Made by a program: the position numbers and the translations under genes. Shown here one piece after another: positions 61,631 through 64,000 of a stretch of DNA of 64,000 nucleotides. The notes beneath the pieces were generated by a model. That model worked only from the letters and a program-made list of their open reading frames with translations. It was not told the origin of the DNA and did no database searches. The DNA is from Lama glama. Lineage: Eukaryota. Position 1 is the stretch's first letter. The number at the start of each line of letters is the position of its first letter. The DNA lies in the NCBI GenBank assembly GCA_028534125.1, contig CM052816.1, positions 38,442,001 to 38,506,000 of the forward strand, given 5' to 3'.

Positions 61631-64000
61631 TCATCCTTCTGACTTGACTTTGCTGATTTCACTGGTTTCATGTAAAGGAAAAGGGACTTTGAAACACTCT
61701 TTGACTAGAGTATTAATCGCAAGATTTAAAAACATGATTTTTAAAGGATAAAGCTAATATAAACTAATTATAATCGTTAACCAGCTTTACAAATTAAGTT
61801 GTTAACAAAAATTACAACTAAATGTCTGCAACATTAATATCAATAGTAATAATACTTCCATCTATAAAGTCATTTACTTATATTCTCCACAAAAGAGTAC
61901 TGCTTTACAGTCTTAAGTGCATGTTGGAGAAACGAAGTGTACTGCTAATAGTAATTCAAGATTGGAAGGAAGGATTAGGCATGCAGATAAGAGTGCAGTG
62001 CTTTTTCAGTCCTTTCGAAAGATAAAAATGTATAACGACTGGCAGCTTTCATCATAATGACTGAAAATGATTTCAGAGGAATTGAGGGAAGGGTACAATT
62101 ATCTATAGCTTACTAAAATGGTTCCTATGGGCAGAGTAAGTGTATATACGGCAGGCATGACTAGAAGGAATGCCTTCAAGTGAGTTATCAAAATGCTCGA
62201 GGTTTATCTTTACATTGGAAACAATCTCACATCTGAATGGAAAAATAAACCCAAAGGAACAAACTTATTAAGTGGTTCAAGAAACAAATCTAACTTTCCA
62301 TATGTGTGAAAACTTGGAGAAGTCCACACATGAAGAACAACAGGAGGTTTTCACATGAAAAATAAAATGGATTTGAATAACCCCCTACACATAATTAACT
62401 ATACCAAATAAAATGCAGTAATCAAAGTCTTACTTTATTCACCCCCACACAGAGACAGTTAAAAATAAAATCCCTACTGTGAAAATATCCCTGAGTGAAT
62501 ACTTCTGTAATCACACCTTTAACGTTTCTCTAAGTCTACGTTTACAGATAAATGATACAGAAATTATTCTGATAATATCCCTTTGGGGATATGTATATGC
62601 TATTTTGAAGTGGTCACATAGGACTAACTCTTAACACTTCCACATTCACATTTATGGGAGTAGAAATTATTTTGTTAGTCTCTGTATTTGGTAAATATTC
62701 CCATGTCATCTTCCAGTTTTAAGTATGTCTTACAAATGAATCAATGCCCAGGAAAGCTTTCCTGACCGTACTACATTTTTGCCCATGAAGGTGATCCCTC
62801 CCCGAAAAAAGCCACTTGGGAAGTGGTGACAAGGTGTGACTGTGCTTGTTCTTTGACTTACATCAAATCATTTCTGGCACAGTTCAAATCTTTAGGGACC
62901 CATCTGTGGCCAATTCAAACAAATAAACACTTGAATAAGAAAAGTACAATGAAGTCCTGCTGTCATACATTTCACTTAATAGTTGCTTTCCGGATGTATC
63001 CGAGAGGAGTGTTTGAAAGGACAGTGTGCATTTTCCTATGATGTCAAAATGTCAAATCAAGATCCATCTGTTTTAGCAGAAGAATAATACTTTCGCCATA
63101 AATGCGAGCTAACAGCCAGTATTGTACCAGGCACCCAGAGGAGACTGAGATAATCCTCTATTGTCCTAGCACAATATTAGTTATTATTTATAAGGCCTTA
63201 TGGAAAAAAATAGTTGTCTGACATTCATAAAGTTTTCTTATGAGAAATATTCCCTTTCCTCAAACAGTGTTTAAAATATATCTGGGCAGTCAGAGCTCTG
63301 GTTATTTTCCTTGATATTGAATTATTTTTCTAAAGCTTGTCATTTTAAAGAAGAGATGATAAATATTGATAAGGTTTGGTTGGTTCCACAGCTTCCACAC
63401 TAAGAAACATAGAGAAAACCAGGAATAAAATAAAACTTTTCTCCTACTGTGCTGTAAATACATCTCATTCAAACCTGGTGTGAATGCCCCTCAAGTCTAT
63501 AGTCCGCAGAATTTTAAGACTAGAGCATATCAAAGACAAGATTGCCAAATTAGTACCAATTTAGTGCAATTTAAAATTGTGTAATCTTGTATAAGAGAAT
63601 ACAAGCTGGGACTCTTTATCTAGTGACATTTTTGGCTGTCTCGTTGGTCTTTATTGCCTCACTATTGCAGGGATAGCAAATATCTTTTCAAAATATCATA
63701 CGGCTTTCTGGCTAACATGGGGAAAAAAACACCTATGGAGGCCAATTGTTGGTTTGGGGGGTATTCATCTTTCAAAAAAGCCACAAAACTTAATAAGCTA
63801 GCCCGAGAGACCAATTTGTGTTTAATAAATAAACAGTGTGACGTTCTAACCATAACATTTTATCTGAGATACAATAAAGGTATGACCAATGATTCTTTTA
63901 AGAGCAGATTTTACAGATAACCATAATATACACAAAAAAGTCTGGGACAGTAGGGGATGGAGTAATGATTTCTTAAACTAGACAAGTCTCTTGAATGTGT

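Noticed and set aside
1..64000. CRISPR arrays, rRNA/tRNA genes or prokaryote-type systems
   Set aside because: Mammalian repeat landscape; no regularly spaced direct repeats, operons or structured-RNA signatures seen

Overview
AT-rich placental-mammal genomic DNA, most likely camelid. That assignment is inferred from the 3' end of the youngest LINE-1 and from seeing no Alu, Bov-A/tA, PRE1 or CanSINE copies. I found no intact protein-coding gene, RNA gene or CRISPR array. Most ORF-track entries are chance ORFs or LINE-1 debris. Main contents: (1) a near-full-length dead LINE-1 (27280-34268, +) with a CpG-rich 5'UTR, broken ORF1/ORF2, a 500-N gap and a 7-bp TSD. It sits inside an older LINE-1, carries a tiny antisense LINE-1 3' end and has a probable short 3' transduction. 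(2) A processed dematin (DMTN) retrocopy (about 40204-41556, +) whose middle is replaced by a tail-less LINE-1 fragment fused in frame. (3) A GC-rich, MIR-dense island of unknown origin with an exon-like segment (about 59050-60730). (4) A candidate terminal exon plus 3'UTR of an unidentified minus-strand host gene (about 3700-6260), which would make most of the window a very large intron. (5) The usual ancient L2, MIR, hAT-Charlie, MaLR/ERV and microsatellite repeats. I see no convincing evidence of a wholly new biological system; the best leads are unusual retrotransposition and repair structures. Repeat subfamily names and the DMTN match come from recalled consensus sequences and need RepeatMasker/BLAST confirmation. 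Boundaries of old repeats are approximate.
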